From NCBI GenBank assembly GCA_002633005.1, contig NMRA01000127.1:841200-905199 (forward strand): DNA of 64,000 nt, given 5' to 3'. Below are positions 62,770-64,000 of the stretch, in pieces. The stretch is from Phoronis australis. Lineage: Eukaryota; Animalia; Phoronida. Within the stretch, counting starts at the first letter, position 1. Each line of letters begins with the position of its first letter. A program made the position numbers and the translations under genes. Below the pieces are notes generated by a model that ran no database searches, was not told the origin of the DNA, and saw only the letters and a program-made list of their open reading frames with translations.

Positions 62770-64000
62770 GGCAGTACAGTCTAGGAGCATGTGACTTGAC
62801 TACTAAGGTTAATTGAATCAATTGTTTTATTTATGTCTGAATAGTATGTTATTGTTTGCAACAAACAAGTGAATTGAAATTTGTGGTGTCGAACATATCC
62901 AAATGTACCATCAATAACTTACATCTCTTGATATATGAGAGAATTTTTTCTACCGTTTTTTCGGCAGAGTCGATTTTTCGTCGAGTTCCTCGTTGTTGGT
63001 TAGGCACGAGACTGTCAAACATCAACACTCAAAAGTTGCCAATACAATTGCGTGAAATTGAAAAAAGCTTGAAGCGTGCGGCGCATAGAGTCTCAACTGA
63101 AGCTTAGAAATAACTTGTTTCAAAATTTGCCACGTTGTACTTGTTTGCCCCCAAGGTACATTGTGAGTGTTTTCCAGAAATGTCTTCGTTCGGAAACAGA
63201 GTAAAAGATGTTTTGGCAGTCTGGGTGACTGAGATATTTGTCCGCATCGAGCAGCAACGGCAGCGGCAATATGCGCATTTGAGATACAATGGCGTCAGTG
63301 TTTGAGAAACAACCGTGAAAAAATATGGCTTGACTTAACTTCAAATGAAACTTATTTTTATTTCTCAACATTGTACTGAAGCTAAGTATGGAGTCTTTGG
63401 GATGTCCCATGCGTTACCTTTTCTATATGAATTATTCAAGCCCGTGGGCTATTAAGTCTTCGGATATACATCATTGGTTTTGTTATCATGATCAGTAAAT
63501 CTGCACAAAAAAATTCGAAATAGATTACATCTTTACGTTTTAACTCGTATTTCTGCTTCAGTTTGGGGGAAATTTTTGAGAAGCAAAACTAAAATTTACA
63601 TTACGACATTCATATAAATATTAAAACCAAGGGCAAGAGCTCTTTTAGAAGACACTCCTCCTAACATGTTTAAAGAATTTTCTAAAACGCCATTTTTTCA
63701 CTAACTTTATTAAACAATTGTGTAAGATTTTGAAACGATCGGAATAGGTTCAAGGTAATCTTGAAGAGCTTTGTGGTAAACGGAAAAAACGCAGGTGTTT
63801 TCTCTTCAAGCCACAAAATTATTCATGTGTCGTATTATCTATCCCAACACCCGTATATAACCAAACATATTTCATTGTATCAGTCGTATAGTCAAGGCAG
63901 TCACAATCGCGTGACAGTGTCATGGCCTCCATTGTTATTTTCAACTGCCCTTTTGTTGTTTTGACAGAAAATAGGTCATACCCGTCGTTGTTGTTGACCT

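Overview
Eukaryotic (metazoan) genomic DNA: AT-rich, with GT-AG introns, microsatellites and N gaps. The repeat content suggests a marine invertebrate (inference only). No prokaryotic operons, rRNA, tRNA or CRISPR were found. The window is a segmentally duplicated cluster of + strand genes that the ORF track mostly fragments. (i) Three copies of a pair of mucin-like single-pass membrane genes: type A (tail only at 1-128; 26215-27407; ~36092-36760) and type B (pseudogene 821-2645; 28305/28369-29628; 37593-38897). (ii) Two intact and two truncated copies of a 7-exon, ~248-aa coiled-coil gene I cannot assign to a family (5870-9746; 58167-61329; fragments at 34.3 kb and 53.7 kb). (iii) A two-exon signal/SEA-like/EGF/EGF/TM gene (44998-48533). 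The B and SEA-EGF genes, and probably the A genes, use a short phase-1 signal-peptide exon plus one large terminal exon. Intergenic DNA holds a decayed Polinton/Maverick end with pPolB, interrupted by a palindromic-repeat element that itself carries a TTAA-flanked Kolobok-like element. Also present: three Helentron-type non-autonomous elements and Penelope, Tc1 and L1/Tx1 relics. All gene models were built by eye from splice-phase arithmetic and paralog comparison and need RNA-seq confirmation.
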